This document shows, piece after piece, positions 29,211 to 39,533 of a DNA stretch of 64,000 nt. Location: the NCBI GenBank assembly GCA_963828255.1, contig CAWHDZ010000007.1:192001-256000 (forward strand), in the 5' to 3' direction. Below the pieces are notes generated by a model. It was not told the DNA's origin. It did no database searches and saw nothing but the letters and a program-made list of their open reading frames with translations. Origin of the DNA: an uncultured delta proteobacterium (GTDB taxonomy: Bacteria > Myxococcota > Myxococcia > Myxococcales > Anaeromyxobacteraceae). How positions within the stretch are numbered: position 1 is the first letter of the stretch; each line of letters begins with the position of its first letter. The position numbers and the translations under genes are program-made.

Positions 29211-29729
29211 TCACCTCGGAATGTCGGCCTTCATCTCCGCACCGTGCGCCGGTGCCTGCCCGTGGGCCCCGCCCGGCTTCCCGCCCTTCGGTTCCAGGTA
29301 CTCGTTCGACAGGGTGGAGACGGACGCCACCTTCCATCGGCCGCCCTCGCGAACCAGCTCGTAGCTCATCTTCATGTCGGCGACGAAGGTCGGCCCGTCG
29401 GGCTCTCCGGGCTTCGTGTGGCGGTCGTGGTAGCGCCACCTCTCGCGGGTCTCGACGGTGCCTGCGTCCCCGGTCGTCGAGGCGCTCGTCACCTCGAAGG
29501 CATCGATCCGGCTCTCGAGAACCAGCTTCGCCGAGGTCTTGAGGTCCACGAGCACCTGCACGCGCCCCATCTCCTTCGCGGTGGCCAGGTTGGCAAGCGG
29601 CGAGGCGTCGCCGCCGGCGTAAGCGCGTACCAGCGCGTCGTCATAGGCGCGAACCGCCTTCGCAGCTTCCTGCGAGGCGCCCTGGCAGGACCCGAGGACG
29701 AGGAGCGCAGTGGCAGCGAGCCGTCGCAT
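29211..29729 (-). CDS. Hypothetical lipoprotein (possibly NTF2-like), translationally coupled to ccsA
   Basis: Lipobox LGSC; helix followed by beta strands, ending YELVREGGRWKV; shares base 29729 with the ccsA stop. Confidence 0.75.
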   Translation of the reverse strand: MRRLAATALLVLGSCQGASQEAAKAVRAYDDALVRAYAGGDASPLANLATAKEMGRVQVLVDLKTSAKLVLESRIDAFEVTSASTTGDAGTVETRERWRYHDRHTKPGEPDGPTFVADMKMSYELVREGGRWKVASVSTLSNEYLEPKGGKPGGAHGQAPAHGAEMKADIPR

Positions 29730-30541
29730 CAGCTCCCCACCATGTAGGAGTTGTGGATGGTCGGCACGAGGATGGCGACCACGAAGAGGGTGACCACCGC
29801 GAATCCCAGCGCCACGAAGGTGAGCCAGGCCATGCGCCGGCCGCTCCAGCGGTGCAGGACCCGGAAGTGGAGCACGATGCCGAAGACGATCCAGGTGACG
29901 AGCGCGCTCGTCTCAATGGGATCCCACCCCCAGTAGCGCCCCCAGGACTGGTGGGCCCAGAGCGCGCCGGCGGCGATCATCACTCCCAGGAAGAGGAAGG
30001 AGATGATCATGAACTGGTGGGCGTAGAGGTCGAGCTTCTCCGGGCTGGGCAGCCTGGGGAGCGCCGACGGCTTGCGATCCTTCAGGAGCCAGGCAGCCGC
30101 GCAGGCAGCCGCGAGCAGGATGGCCGCGAAGAAGAGCTTGGCGAATCCGATGTGCATGAAGAGCCACCAGGACTTGAAGATGATGGGCACCTCGCGCTTC
30201 AGCTCGAAGGTGGAGACCGCCCAGCCCATGAGCAGGAAGGCCGATGGGGCCACGAAGACGCCCAGGCCACGAAGGCCGCGGGCCATCGCCGTGGCCACCA
30301 GCCAGACCGCCACCACGATGAAGGTGTCCGCCGAGATCACCTCGTAGCGGGTGTTGTAGGGGCCGTGCCCCACCTCGACCCAGCGCAGCGCGAGCGAGCC
30401 GGCGTGCGGCAGGAGAGCGGCGGCGAGGAGCGCCATCCCCGCCCGGGCGCCCCACTCCTTCCCGAAGGCTGCCCAGGCGAACCAGGCGACCGTCGCCAGC
30501 GCATAGAGGGTGACTGCACTCCAGAAGAGGATGCTCTGCAC
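29729..30541 (-). CDS. ccsA: Cytochrome c biogenesis protein CcsA/ResC (System II heme lyase)
   Basis: WWD domain GALWAHQSWGRYWGWDPIE; TM His residues; C-terminal HNSY. Confidence 0.92.
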   Translation of the reverse strand: MQSILFWSAVTLYALATVAWFAWAAFGKEWGARAGMALLAAALLPHAGSLALRWVEVGHGPYNTRYEVISADTFIVVAVWLVATAMARGLRGLGVFVAPSAFLLMGWAVSTFELKREVPIIFKSWWLFMHIGFAKLFFAAILLAAACAAAWLLKDRKPSALPRLPSPEKLDLYAHQFMIISFLFLGVMIAAGALWAHQSWGRYWGWDPIETSALVTWIVFGIVLHFRVLHRWSGRRMAWLTFVALGFAVVTLFVVAILVPTIHNSYMVGS

Positions 30542-30550
30542 GGGTTCTCC

Positions 30551-31762
30551 TCAGGCCGGCGGACCGGCGCGCTCCCAGTCGGTGGCGATGGCCGCACCCC
30601 CACGGACGGTGAAGACCAGCGCGGCGGCCCCCTCCCCAGCCCGGCCGATCCGGGCCACGCCGGCTGGGAAGGCGAGCAGCGTGCAGCCGGCCAGGATGAC
30701 GATGAATCCGGCGAATACGCCGGAGAGCCCGGGAGTGCGGGTGTACGTGAAGCGCCCCCAGCGCCCGATGCCGAGCACGCGCGCCTGTCCCGCGCCGAAA
30801 GGGAAGCCGACCCCCGGGGCCAGTTCCCTTCGCTCCCCGCGGCTCTCCATCCAGAGGAGGAGCTTGCCCGTCCCGGCCGAGCCGTCGATGTCCCGCTCCG
30901 TCTCGAGGACGAAGCGTGCCGGTTCTCCGGAGGGGCTGGTGACCTCGGCGGCGGCCCTCCGCGGTGCCTCGGTCTGGAGCCGGAGCGAGCGCATCCCCAT
31001 CCCGGGGATGTCGATCGTGATGGCCATGCCCGATGGGATGGCCTGGAAGATCTCGATGTCGCCAGCGCGGATGCCGGCCGCCCGGTCCACGGTCTCCACC
31101 CGGAGCGGCTCGCCGGGGACAATCACCTCGAGCTCGGAGAGCCGGTCGCTGGAGTACCCGGCCTGCTTCTGGAACGGGTCGAAGCGGACGAGCGCCACGT
31201 CGACCTCGGGGAGGGACTGCCGTGCGAGCGGCCCCTTCTCCCGGCCGAAGACGGTTCCGTGGGCCGCGAGGCTCGCCTTCTCCCCCTCGGACAGGTCGAA
31301 GACCCCCGAGTCGAAGAGCGCGTGCTGAACCAGGACCGCGGCGATGAGCACGAGGAGGCCGACGTGGAGCACCCAGCCTCCCCAGAGCGCCGGGCCGAAG
31401 CGGGTGAGGGTCTCGCCCTGGCCGCGGAAGCCCTGCTCCGCGAGGAACGCCCGGGCGTCGGCGGAGCGCACGGGGAGCCTGGTCGCCGACGGAGGCAACT
31501 CGCCGCGTCCGATGGCCAGGGTGCGGGCGCGCCGACCCCAGGTGCAGGCGAGCGTGCTCGCGAAGAGCAGGGCCACGACGACGAGGAACGGCCAGGAGGT
31601 GAACGGATGGTCCAGGCCGATGGCGACGGCCCAGGCTGGCGCGGCGGGCCCCTGCGGTTGCATCCACGGGGCCCAGGCGCCCACGCCGGTCCAGACGGCC
31701 AGGAAGCCGATGACCGAGAGGGCGAGGCGAGGCGATCGGAGGAACCGGAGGAGGTTCGACAA
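30551..31762 (-). CDS. resB: ResB/Ccs1-like cytochrome c biogenesis protein
   Basis: FLRSPRLA start, FTSWPF, STLACT, LHVGLLV, a large soluble domain, then PG and a final TM; adjacent to ccsA. Confidence 0.8.
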   Translation of the reverse strand: MSNLLRFLRSPRLALSVIGFLAVWTGVGAWAPWMQPQGPAAPAWAVAIGLDHPFTSWPFLVVVALLFASTLACTWGRRARTLAIGRGELPPSATRLPVRSADARAFLAEQGFRGQGETLTRFGPALWGGWVLHVGLLVLIAAVLVQHALFDSGVFDLSEGEKASLAAHGTVFGREKGPLARQSLPEVDVALVRFDPFQKQAGYSSDRLSELEVIVPGEPLRVETVDRAAGIRAGDIEIFQAIPSGMAITIDIPGMGMRSLRLQTEAPRRAAAEVTSPSGEPARFVLETERDIDGSAGTGKLLLWMESRGERRELAPGVGFPFGAGQARVLGIGRWGRFTYTRTPGLSGVFAGFIVILAGCTLLAFPAGVARIGRAGEGAAALVFTVRGGAAIATDWERAGPPA

Positions 31763-31801
31763 GGTCTGTTCGCTGTAATCGGTCGCGGGCCGGGGTTCAA
31801 G

Positions 31802-34249
31802 AGGGGCGGCGGCGTGCCCTGTGGCCAGCCGCCGCCCCCGGGGATCAGTGACCAGTGCCGTTGCAGCCGCAGTTGTCCTTGACCCAGCCCGTGGTGTTGT
31901 TGGCGGGGTAGGAGACGATGTAGAGCCTGCTGCCCGTGCCGCCCTGCGCGTAGGGTGCGGCGTTGTCCCAGCCGGCGATGGTGCCGCCGACGTTGGCGCT
32001 GGCGCCGGCGATGGCGACGAGGATGCCTGGGCGGGGTCCGCCGTGGGGGATGGCGGCGTGGCAGTTGAAGCAGGCCAGGCGGTGGTCGCCGCGCGAGACG
32101 TGGGTCGCGAAGCGTGAGCTCCCGAAGTTCTGGTTGTGGCAGTTGATGCAGAAGGTGTTGGCGGGCATGCCGGCGCTGGTTCCGACGAGGGTGTTGTTCC
32201 AGGCGGTGTTCGGTCCCTTGAGGATGAACTTCGCGGCCGAGCCGTGCGGGCCGTTGGGATCGGTGGTCGTGTCGGAGGCGTGGCAGTCGGTGCAGGTCAT
32301 GAGGCTGGTTCGCGTCCAGGGGGCCTTGATGTTGCTGGTGGCGCCCAGGTTGCTCCCTGCGCTCGCGAGAACAGGGTGGAAGCTGCCGGCGGTCTCGTTG
32401 TTCGCCCACGTGCCGGCGAAACTCCCCACGTTGGCGGGGTTGAATTCCTTGGCCTGGTCGGTCTCGGCAAAGGCGCCGGAGGGTGACGTCGGAGGAGTTC
32501 CGGTGCCCCAGTAGTACCCGGTGTGGCACTTGAAGCAGAGGGTGGCCTGGAGGTCGGTGCCGGCGGCGATCACCTTCTTGGTGAAGTTGGCCGAGGTCGG
32601 GGCGGTGAAGAAGGCCGGGTTGGAGGTGAGCTGCGCTCCCCAGGCGCCCTGGAGCGCGGGTCCTGAGACGTTGCCGGTGGTCGCGCTGCCGGTGACGCGC
32701 AGGCTTCCGGACGTGGGCTTGGCCTCGTGGGAGTCGTGGCAGTCCATGCAGCTGGCGTGGCGCTGGCCGGCGCCTGCGGTGACGCCCAGCGCGTTGCCGA
32801 AGACGGCGTTGGTGAACTCGGCGGCCGAGTTGTGCCGGGTGTCGGAGTTGGAGGGGTGGCCCGACTGGTTGGCGGTGGTGGCGTGGAGGACCTGGGTCTG
32901 GATGTCCTTGCCGGAGCGGTTGCCCTGGGCGCCGGCGGCGGGAGTCGCCGTCGAGCCGTGGCAGTTGTAGCAGGCGAAGTTGGCCGCCGTTCCGGCCGGG
33001 TTGGTGGTGCCGGCGAGCAGGTTCACGTCGGTGGTGGAGTAGTGGACGGAGACGGTGGTCGTGCTCGCGGGCGTGTTGCCCTCGACGCGGCTGGCGTGGC
33101 ACTTGGTGCAATTGCGGGCGAAGCTGCTGGCGTCGTGGAGCCCGTAGCTCCAGTTGTAGGTCGTCGCCCCCACGGTGTTGGTGGAGAAGTCGTGGGCCGA
33201 GAGGCCGAAGGTCGCGGCGGAGACGGTGATGCCGTTCGCCAGGATGGGCTTCTGGTGGCAGCTCGCGCACAGGCCCACGTTGAGCGTGGTGTCGAAATCG
33301 GTCCGGGCGCGGTTCTGGGTGCCGGTGCCGCCGGTGCCGATGCGCGTGGTCGCCGTGACGGCGCGGGTCGCCTGCGTTGTGGCGTCGAGGAAGACGTTGT
33401 TGGCGTGCCCCGCTCCGGCCGGGCTGGTGACGGTGTGCGGGTGGTCGCCGTGGCACATGGAGATGCAGGTCCGGTTGGCGATCGCCACCGAGGTGTTGAG
33501 ATCGGTTCCGGTCCAGCTGAAGGCGCCGTCCGCCGGGACGTCGCTGCCGAGGGCGTGCCGTGAGACCGGCGCGCCGGTCACCGCCGTCATCCGGTTGAAG
33601 TAGTCGGTGTGGCAGCCGCCGCAGCTCGAGCCGCCGGTGGCGGGCTCGCCGCCGCCGTCGAGCTGGCCGTTGATGTGGAGGCCGCCGGCGACGTTGATGG
33701 TGCCGTCGGTGTTGACCGTGCCGCCGTGGCAGCGGTTGCAGTCGGTGGCGGCCGCGAGGACGCCGGTGTGGCTCACCGTGGGCGGGAAGGCGTGGCAGCT
33801 GCCGCAGGTCGCGGCGGTGCCGGTCCAGGACCAGGTGGCCCCCACCGAGCCGGTGAAGCCCGCCGCCATCGTGGCGCCGTGGCAGTAGGTGGCGCAGGTG
33901 GTGGCGGTGGTGCTGCCGTTGCCCAGCGTGAACGTCGCAGTGAACGCGCCCAGGTTCGCGCCGGTGGCGGTGGCGAAGGTCACGTTCCGCGTGCTGTTCG
34001 AGTGGGCGTTGTTTCCGGCGTTGTTCGGGTGGCACTCGACGCAGGCGACGGGCCGGTACACCGCGCCGGTGGCCACGGGGTTCACGTGGGAGACGTGGAC
34101 TCCGACCCGGACGCCGGTCGTGGCTCCCAGCGAGTCGGCGGGGGGCGCCGACTGCTGGTTCAGGTCCGCGCCGGCCACGCTCACACGGGTCGCCGCGCCG
34201 TGGCAGGACGTGCAGGTGAGCGCGTCGACCTGAACCGACCCGTTCAGGT
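31802..34249. repeat. About 2.45-kb near-identical duplicate of 39491-41938 (offset 7689)
   Basis: Identical shadow ORFs in the track at a 7689 offset; only two silent differences noticed by eye; similarity continues with more differences to about 34900. Confidence 0.9.
31803..31838 (-). terminator. Hairpin after the 60-heme cytochrome
   Basis: GGGGCGGCGGC-N14-GCCGCCGCCCC, 6 nt past the stop codon. Confidence 0.55.
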
Positions 34250-37200
34250 GATTGGCCGGGTTGATGCTGCCGATGGTGTAACCGGTGTGGCAGTTCTGGC
34301 AGGCGGAGTTGGCTGGGTGGGTCCCGCCGGGGGGCGTGCCGTGGCAGGTGCCGCAGTTCGCTGCGGCGACGCCGCCGAGCCAGGACGGGGCGAGAGTGGT
34401 CGCGCCGTTCGTGAAGTTGCCGTGGCAGTAGACGTTGGAGCAGGTGCCCGCGCCGTTCGTCCCCGCGCCGGTGGTGCTGCCCGCGTAGGCGGCGGTGGTG
34501 ATGCCGCCCGTCCTGGCGAGCGTGCCGAAGGCGATGGTGGCGCGAGCTCCGCCGGTGCCGACGCCCGTCGCGTGGGCGACGTCGCCCGCGCCGGGAACCG
34601 TGTGGCACTCGTTGCAGGCGAGCGCGGTGGCGCGCCAGCGCGTGCCAACGAGGTGCGCCGCGTGTGCGCCGACGCCGGCGGCCGTCGCAGCGGTCGCCCC
34701 GGTGGTGTCGGCGGCGGTGGCGTTGAAGCCGGGGGCCGAGGCGTTCGACGTTGCGGCGACCGCGGTCTGGGTGAGATCGCCGTGGCAGAGGGTGCAGCCG
34801 GAGCGGCTCAGGTTGACGGTGCCGTCCACGTGGGTCGCGGCGACCACCGTCGTCGCCGTGTTGCCCGCGCCGTGGCAGGTCGCGCAGGTGGCGTTGGCAG
34901 GGTGGTGCGACGCCGCGTTCAGGGCCGGGGGCGCGCCGTGGCACGAGGTGCAGGCGAGCTTGCCCGAGGTTGCCCAGGAGAGCGCCGCAGCGCTCTGGTT
35001 GCCGCCGGGGAAGTTGCCGTGACAGTAGGTGTTCGAGCAGGTGTGGGCCGTGGGGTTGTAAGCCGTCGGCACCGCGCCCTGGGCTGTCGACAGGCCAGCG
35101 TAGGTCACGCCGATGACGCCGTTCGAGTGCGTACTGGTGGTCGGGAGGACATGGCAGTTGACGCATGCCATCGGCCTCGACAGCGCAGGCGCCGTGGCGC
35201 CCTGGTTCACGTGCGCCAGGTGGACGCCGGCGATCCCGGTGGCCGACGCGACGACCGGAGGCGCGGCCGCCTGGTTCAGGTCCGCACCGGCCACGCTTAC
35301 CCGACCAGCCGCGCCGTGGCAGGAGGTGCAGGACATGCCGTTGACGTCGACCGTGCCGTTGACGTGGGTGGCCGGATCGATGATCGACTGGGTGGCGTTG
35401 CTGTAGTTGCCGTGGCAGTTGCCGCAGGTGGCGAGCGTGGAGCCGGCCGGGTGGGTGCCGCCAGGAGGCGTGCCGTGGCAGGAGGTGCAGGTCGTCGCCG
35501 CGGCGGTCCAGGTGATGGCGCCGGCGCCGACACCGTTCGTGAAGTTGCCGTGGCAGTAAGTGTTGGAGCAGGTGCTGCCGGCGTAGGAGGGGGCCGGGAA
35601 GGTGGTCCCGGTGCCGGTCCGCGCCAGCGTCCCGAAGACGACGTTGGGCGCGCCGTTGGCGTGGAGCGGGGTGGCCGGGATGGCGGCGTTGTGGCACTCG
35701 CTGCAGGCGACCTGCTTGGAGAAGCTTGGGCCGCCGGCGGCGCCGGTGAAGAGGTGCTTCGCGTGGGCGCCGACCTTGGCGCCCGTCGAGAGGTTGGTCG
35801 CATCGACCGGAGGAGAGGACGAGAAGGCGACGGCATTGGCGTCGGCGCCGGTGCGGGCCGGATCGCCGTGGCAGGTGGTGCAGGTCTGGGTGGTGTACTC
35901 GATGACGCCGTTCACGTGAGTCGCCACGTTGACGGCGACGCCGGTGTAGCCCGTGTGGCAGGAGCCGCAATCGGTGCGGTTCGGGTGGAAGCGCCCGGTC
36001 GACGTCGTCGACGGCGGCATCCCGTGGCAGGAGGCGCAGACGAGCGTCGCGGCGGTGGTCCAGGCGGGCGTCACGTTGGTCGCGCCTATGCCGCCGCCGA
36101 GGTTGCCGTGGCAGTAGGTGTTGGAGCAGGTGAGGGCCGTGGTGGAGTAGCTGGCCGTGGCGATGCCGCCGGTCGTCGACAGGTTGGCGAGCCCAACCGT
36201 GCCGGTCGTCGCGACGCCGGTCTTGTGGACCTGGACCGTGGGGACGACGTGGCAGGCGTTGCAGAGGACCGGGCGGGACCGCGTCCCGAGGACGTGGGCC
36301 GCGTGGACGCCGACGCCGCGGCCGGTGATCGCGGTGAGGCCGTAGGTGTCGGGGGAGCCAACGCCCCTGGGTGCGGCGCCGACGTTCGGGTCCTGCGTGC
36401 CGGTGGCGACGAGCGTGCCGCCGTGGCAGGTGGTGCAGGTGAGCGTCGAGGTATTGACGGCGCCGTTCACGTGCAGGCCTCCGGCGACGTTGACCACTCC
36501 GGCCGCGTTGACGGTTCCGCCGTGGCAGCTCGCGCAGGTGGTGAGCGCGGCGGCGTTGTGGTGGTTCGCCGTCGTCGGGGGCGACTTGTGGCAGCTGCCG
36601 CAGTCGGCAGCCGCGCCGTTCCAGGACCAGGAGGCGACGCTGCCGCGGGTGGTCGTCGCGTTCAGGCTCGAGCCGTGGCAGTAGGTGGCGCACGTCGTCT
36701 GCGTCGTCGTCCCGTTGCCCTGGACGAAGGTGGGAGCGAACGCGCCCAGGTTCGCGCCGGTGGCGGTGGCGAACGTCACGTTGACGACGCTGTTCGAGTG
36801 GGCGGCGCTCAGGTTGTTGGGGTGGCACTCGGTACAGGCCACCGGCTTGTAGACCGCGCCGGCTGCGGCAGGATTCACGTGGCCGAGGTGGGTTCCGACC
36901 GCGACGCCCGTCGTCGCGCCCGCCGTGTCGACCGGAGGCGCCGACGCCTGGTTCAGGTCTGCGCCGGCCACGCTCACGCGCGCAGCCGAGCCGTGGCACG
37001 AGGTGCAGGACATGTTCGAGATGTCGATGACGCCGTTCAGGTGGGCCGTTGTGTTGACCGTCGTCGCGGAGTAGCCGGTGTGGCAGGTCTGGCAGGCGGA
37101 GTTGGCCGGGTGGGTCCCGCCGGGAGGCGTGCCGTGGCAGGTGCCGCAGTTCGCTGCGGCGACGCCGCCGAGCCAGGAGGGAGCGAGCGTCGTCGCGCCG

Positions 37201-39284
37201 TTCTGGAAGTTGCCGTGGCAGTAGACGTTGGAGCAGGTGCCCGCGCCGTTCGTCCCGGCGCCGGTGGTGCTGCCCGCGTAGGCGGCGGTGGTGATGCCGC
37301 CGGTCCTGGCGAGCGTGCCGAAGGCGATGGTGGCGCGCGCTCCGCCGGTGCCGACGCCCGTCGCGTGGGCGACGTCGCCCGCGCCGGGCACGGTGTGACA
37401 CTCGCTGCAGGCGAGGGGCGTGCTCCTCCAGCGCGTGCCAACGAGGTGCGCCGCGTGTGCGCCGACCGCGGCGGCCGTCGCAGCGGTGGCGCCGGTGGTG
37501 TCGGCGGCGGTGGCGTTGAAGCCGGGGGCCGAGGCGTTCGACGTTGCGGCGACCGCGGTCTGGGTGAGGTCGCCGTGGCAGAGGGTGCAGCCGGAGCGGC
37601 TCAGGTTGACGGTGCCGTCCACATGGGTGGCAGCGACCACGGTCGTCGCCGTGTTGCCGGCGCCGTGGCAGGTCGCGCAGGTGGCGTTGGCAGGGTGGTG
37701 GCTTGCGGCGGTGAGCGCGGGGGGTGCCCCGTGGCAGGCCGTGCAGGCGAGCTTGCCCGAGGTGGCCCAGGAGAGCGCCGCAGCGCTCTGGTTGCCGCCG
37801 GGGAAGTTGCCGTGACAGTAGGTGTTCGAGCAGGTGTGCGCCGTCGGGTTGTACGCCGTCGGCACCGCGCCCTGGGCTGTCGACAGGCCAGCGTAGGTCA
37901 CGCCGATGACGCCGTTCGAGTGCGTGCTGCTCGTCGGAAGGACATGGCAGTTGACGCATGCCATCGGCCTCGACAGCGCAGGCGCCGTGGCGCCCTGGTT
38001 CACGTGCGCCAGGTGGACGCCGGCGATGCCGGTGGCCGACGCGACGACCGGAGGCGCGGCCGCCTGGTTCAGGTCCGCACCGGCCACGCTTACCCGACCA
38101 GCCGCGCCGTGGCAGGAGGTGCAGGACATGCCGTTGACGTCGACCGTGCCGTTGACGTGGAGTGAAGCATCGACCGAGGTGGAGGTGTAGCCGGTGTGGC
38201 AGGAGGCGCAGTCGGAGTTCTGGGTGTGGGGCGCGGCGGGCGGGACGCCGTGGCAGGTGCCGCAGGAGGTGGCGGCGGGATTGGTCCAGGTGGGGGCATA
38301 GCCCGCGTTGCCGCCGGAGAAGGAGCCGTGGCAGTAGACGTTGGAGCAGGTCGCGCCGTTCCAGGCGGGCGAGGCGCTTCCCGTCCCGGCGATGGTCCCG
38401 AAGGCGATCTCGGCCGGCCCGTTCGAGTGGGAGTTGCTCGTGGGGACGACGTGGCACTCGGTGCAGGAGAGCGAGTTGCCGTCCTTCAGGTGGAGGGCGT
38501 GGGCGCCGACTGCACGGGCGGTGGTGGCGGTCTCGCCCTTCGAGCCCCTGGGCGGCGCGGCGGACAAGCGAGGGTTCAGGGTGGTGTCGGCGCGGGCCGG
38601 ATCGCCGTGGCAGGAGGAGCAGGAGAGGTTCGCGACGTCGACCTTGCCATCGATGTGGGTGGCGAGGTTGACGGTGGTCGCGGTGTAGCCGGTGTGGCAA
38701 CTGCCGCAGTTCGAGGCCGAGCCCACGTCGGGGTGCGGAGCCGCGGGAGGAAGGCCGTGGCAGGTGCCGCAGGACGACGCGCGGGCCTGGGTCCAGACCG
38801 GGGCGTTGGTGGAGGAGCCGCCCACGAAGCCGCCGTGGCAGTAGGAGGCCGAGCAGGAGGAGCCGTTCCAGGTGGGAGCCGCGCCGCCGGTGGTGGCGAG
38901 CGGGCCGAAGGCGAGGTCGACCTTTCCGTTGGCGTGGGCGGTGGTGGTGGGGACGATGTGGCACTCGGAGCAAGCGACCGCCGGGCCGATTGTTCCGCCC
39001 TGGAGGTGGAGTTGGTGGGCGCCGACGGCGCGGTCGGTCGTGGCGGCTTCGCCCTTGGTGCCTTTGGGGGGTGCGGAGGGGAATTGGGGGTTGGTCACCG
39101 TTGCCTGACGCGTCCCGTCGCCGTGGCACAGGGTGCAAGCTTTGCTCTGGCCGGCGGCGCCGCCGTCCACTCCGTTCGACGCTGCCGGACGTGGGTCAGC
39201 ACAACCTGAAAAAATGACGACGGAACATGCCAGGATCAGGGAGTAAGCAGATGAATGAGTGCTGCCTGCCCGCCGTCCCCGCAT
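31845..39284 (-). CDS. Giant multiheme cytochrome lipoprotein, 2479 aa, about 60 heme motifs
   Basis: ATG after AGGAGG; lipobox FSGC; 10 five-heme modules plus a 10-motif C-terminal domain. Confidence 0.92.
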   Translation of the reverse strand: MRGRRAGSTHSSAYSLILACSVVIFSGCADPRPAASNGVDGGAAGQSKACTLCHGDGTRQATVTNPQFPSAPPKGTKGEAATTDRAVGAHQLHLQGGTIGPAVACSECHIVPTTTAHANGKVDLAFGPLATTGGAAPTWNGSSCSASYCHGGFVGGSSTNAPVWTQARASSCGTCHGLPPAAPHPDVGSASNCGSCHTGYTATTVNLATHIDGKVDVANLSCSSCHGDPARADTTLNPRLSAAPPRGSKGETATTARAVGAHALHLKDGNSLSCTECHVVPTSNSHSNGPAEIAFGTIAGTGSASPAWNGATCSNVYCHGSFSGGNAGYAPTWTNPAATSCGTCHGVPPAAPHTQNSDCASCHTGYTSTSVDASLHVNGTVDVNGMSCTSCHGAAGRVSVAGADLNQAAAPPVVASATGIAGVHLAHVNQGATAPALSRPMACVNCHVLPTSSTHSNGVIGVTYAGLSTAQGAVPTAYNPTAHTCSNTYCHGNFPGGNQSAAALSWATSGKLACTACHGAPPALTAASHHPANATCATCHGAGNTATTVVAATHVDGTVNLSRSGCTLCHGDLTQTAVAATSNASAPGFNATAADTTGATAATAAAVGAHAAHLVGTRWRSTPLACSECHTVPGAGDVAHATGVGTGGARATIAFGTLARTGGITTAAYAGSTTGAGTNGAGTCSNVYCHGNFQNGATTLAPSWLGGVAAANCGTCHGTPPGGTHPANSACQTCHTGYSATTVNTTAHLNGVIDISNMSCTSCHGSAARVSVAGADLNQASAPPVDTAGATTGVAVGTHLGHVNPAAAGAVYKPVACTECHPNNLSAAHSNSVVNVTFATATGANLGAFAPTFVQGNGTTTQTTCATYCHGSSLNATTTRGSVASWSWNGAAADCGSCHKSPPTTANHHNAAALTTCASCHGGTVNAAGVVNVAGGLHVNGAVNTSTLTCTTCHGGTLVATGTQDPNVGAAPRGVGSPDTYGLTAITGRGVGVHAAHVLGTRSRPVLCNACHVVPTVQVHKTGVATTGTVGLANLSTTGGIATASYSTTALTCSNTYCHGNLGGGIGATNVTPAWTTAATLVCASCHGMPPSTTSTGRFHPNRTDCGSCHTGYTGVAVNVATHVNGVIEYTTQTCTTCHGDPARTGADANAVAFSSSPPVDATNLSTGAKVGAHAKHLFTGAAGGPSFSKQVACSECHNAAIPATPLHANGAPNVVFGTLARTGTGTTFPAPSYAGSTCSNTYCHGNFTNGVGAGAITWTAAATTCTSCHGTPPGGTHPAGSTLATCGNCHGNYSNATQSIIDPATHVNGTVDVNGMSCTSCHGAAGRVSVAGADLNQAAAPPVVASATGIAGVHLAHVNQGATAPALSRPMACVNCHVLPTTSTHSNGVIGVTYAGLSTAQGAVPTAYNPTAHTCSNTYCHGNFPGGNQSAAALSWATSGKLACTSCHGAPPALNAASHHPANATCATCHGAGNTATTVVAATHVDGTVNLSRSGCTLCHGDLTQTAVAATSNASAPGFNATAADTTGATAATAAGVGAHAAHLVGTRWRATALACNECHTVPGAGDVAHATGVGTGGARATIAFGTLARTGGITTAAYAGSTTGAGTNGAGTCSNVYCHGNFTNGATTLAPSWLGGVAAANCGTCHGTPPGGTHPANSACQNCHTGYTIGSINPANHLNGSVQVDALTCTSCHGAATRVSVAGADLNQQSAPPADSLGATTGVRVGVHVSHVNPVATGAVYRPVACVECHPNNAGNNAHSNSTRNVTFATATGANLGAFTATFTLGNGSTTATTCATYCHGATMAAGFTGSVGATWSWTGTAATCGSCHAFPPTVSHTGVLAAATDCNRCHGGTVNTDGTINVAGGLHINGQLDGGGEPATGGSSCGGCHTDYFNRMTAVTGAPVSRHALGSDVPADGAFSWTGTDLNTSVAIANRTCISMCHGDHPHTVTSPAGAGHANNVFLDATTQATRAVTATTRIGTGGTGTQNRARTDFDTTLNVGLCASCHQKPILANGITVSAATFGLSAHDFSTNTVGATTYNWSYGLHDASSFARNCTKCHASRVEGNTPASTTTVSVHYSTTDVNLLAGTTNPAGTAANFACYNCHGSTATPAAGAQGNRSGKDIQTQVLHATTANQSGHPSNSDTRHNSAAEFTNAVFGNALGVTAGAGQRHASCMDCHDSHEAKPTSGSLRVTGSATTGNVSGPALQGAWGAQLTSNPAFFTAPTSANFTKKVIAAGTDLQATLCFKCHTGYYWGTGTPPTSPSGAFAETDQAKEFNPANVGSFAGTWANNETAGSFHPVLASAGSNLGATSNIKAPWTRTSLMTCTDCHASDTTTDPNGPHGSAAKFILKGPNTAWNNTLVGTSAGMPANTFCINCHNQNFGSSRFATHVSRGDHRLACFNCHAAIPHGGPRPGILVAIAGASANVGGTIAGWDNAAPYAQGGTGSRLYIVSYPANNTTGWVKDNCGCNGTGH

Positions 39285-39355
39285 GGGTTCCTCCTGGGTG
39301 CAAAAACCCAAATCGCAACATTTGCGCCATTGACGATGTAGATTTCCGTACCCTT

Positions 39356-39371
39356 TGCACGGGACAGGCCA
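39356..39371 (-). promoter_or_regulatory. Sigma54 (-24/-12)-type promoter
   Basis: TGGCCTGTCCCGTGCA (GG-N10-GC); identical copy at 52669-52684. Confidence 0.65.
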
Positions 39372-39491
39372 AGAGCTGACCCTGATGGGGTAAATGGCAG
39401 AATTCTCAGGATTCGGCCGAACGGGACCGCTCGACGGGAAGGCAGCTGGTCACCGTTCCGGGTGCCAGGGGGTCACGTTCAGTGAACAGCA

Positions 39492-39527
39492 GGGGCGGCG
39501 GCGTGCCCTGTGGCCAGCCGCCGCCCC
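39492..39527 (-). terminator. Hairpin after the 110-heme cytochrome
   Basis: Same GGGGCGGCGGC/GCCGCCGCCCC stem as at 31803. Confidence 0.55.
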
Positions 39528-39533
39528 CGGGGA

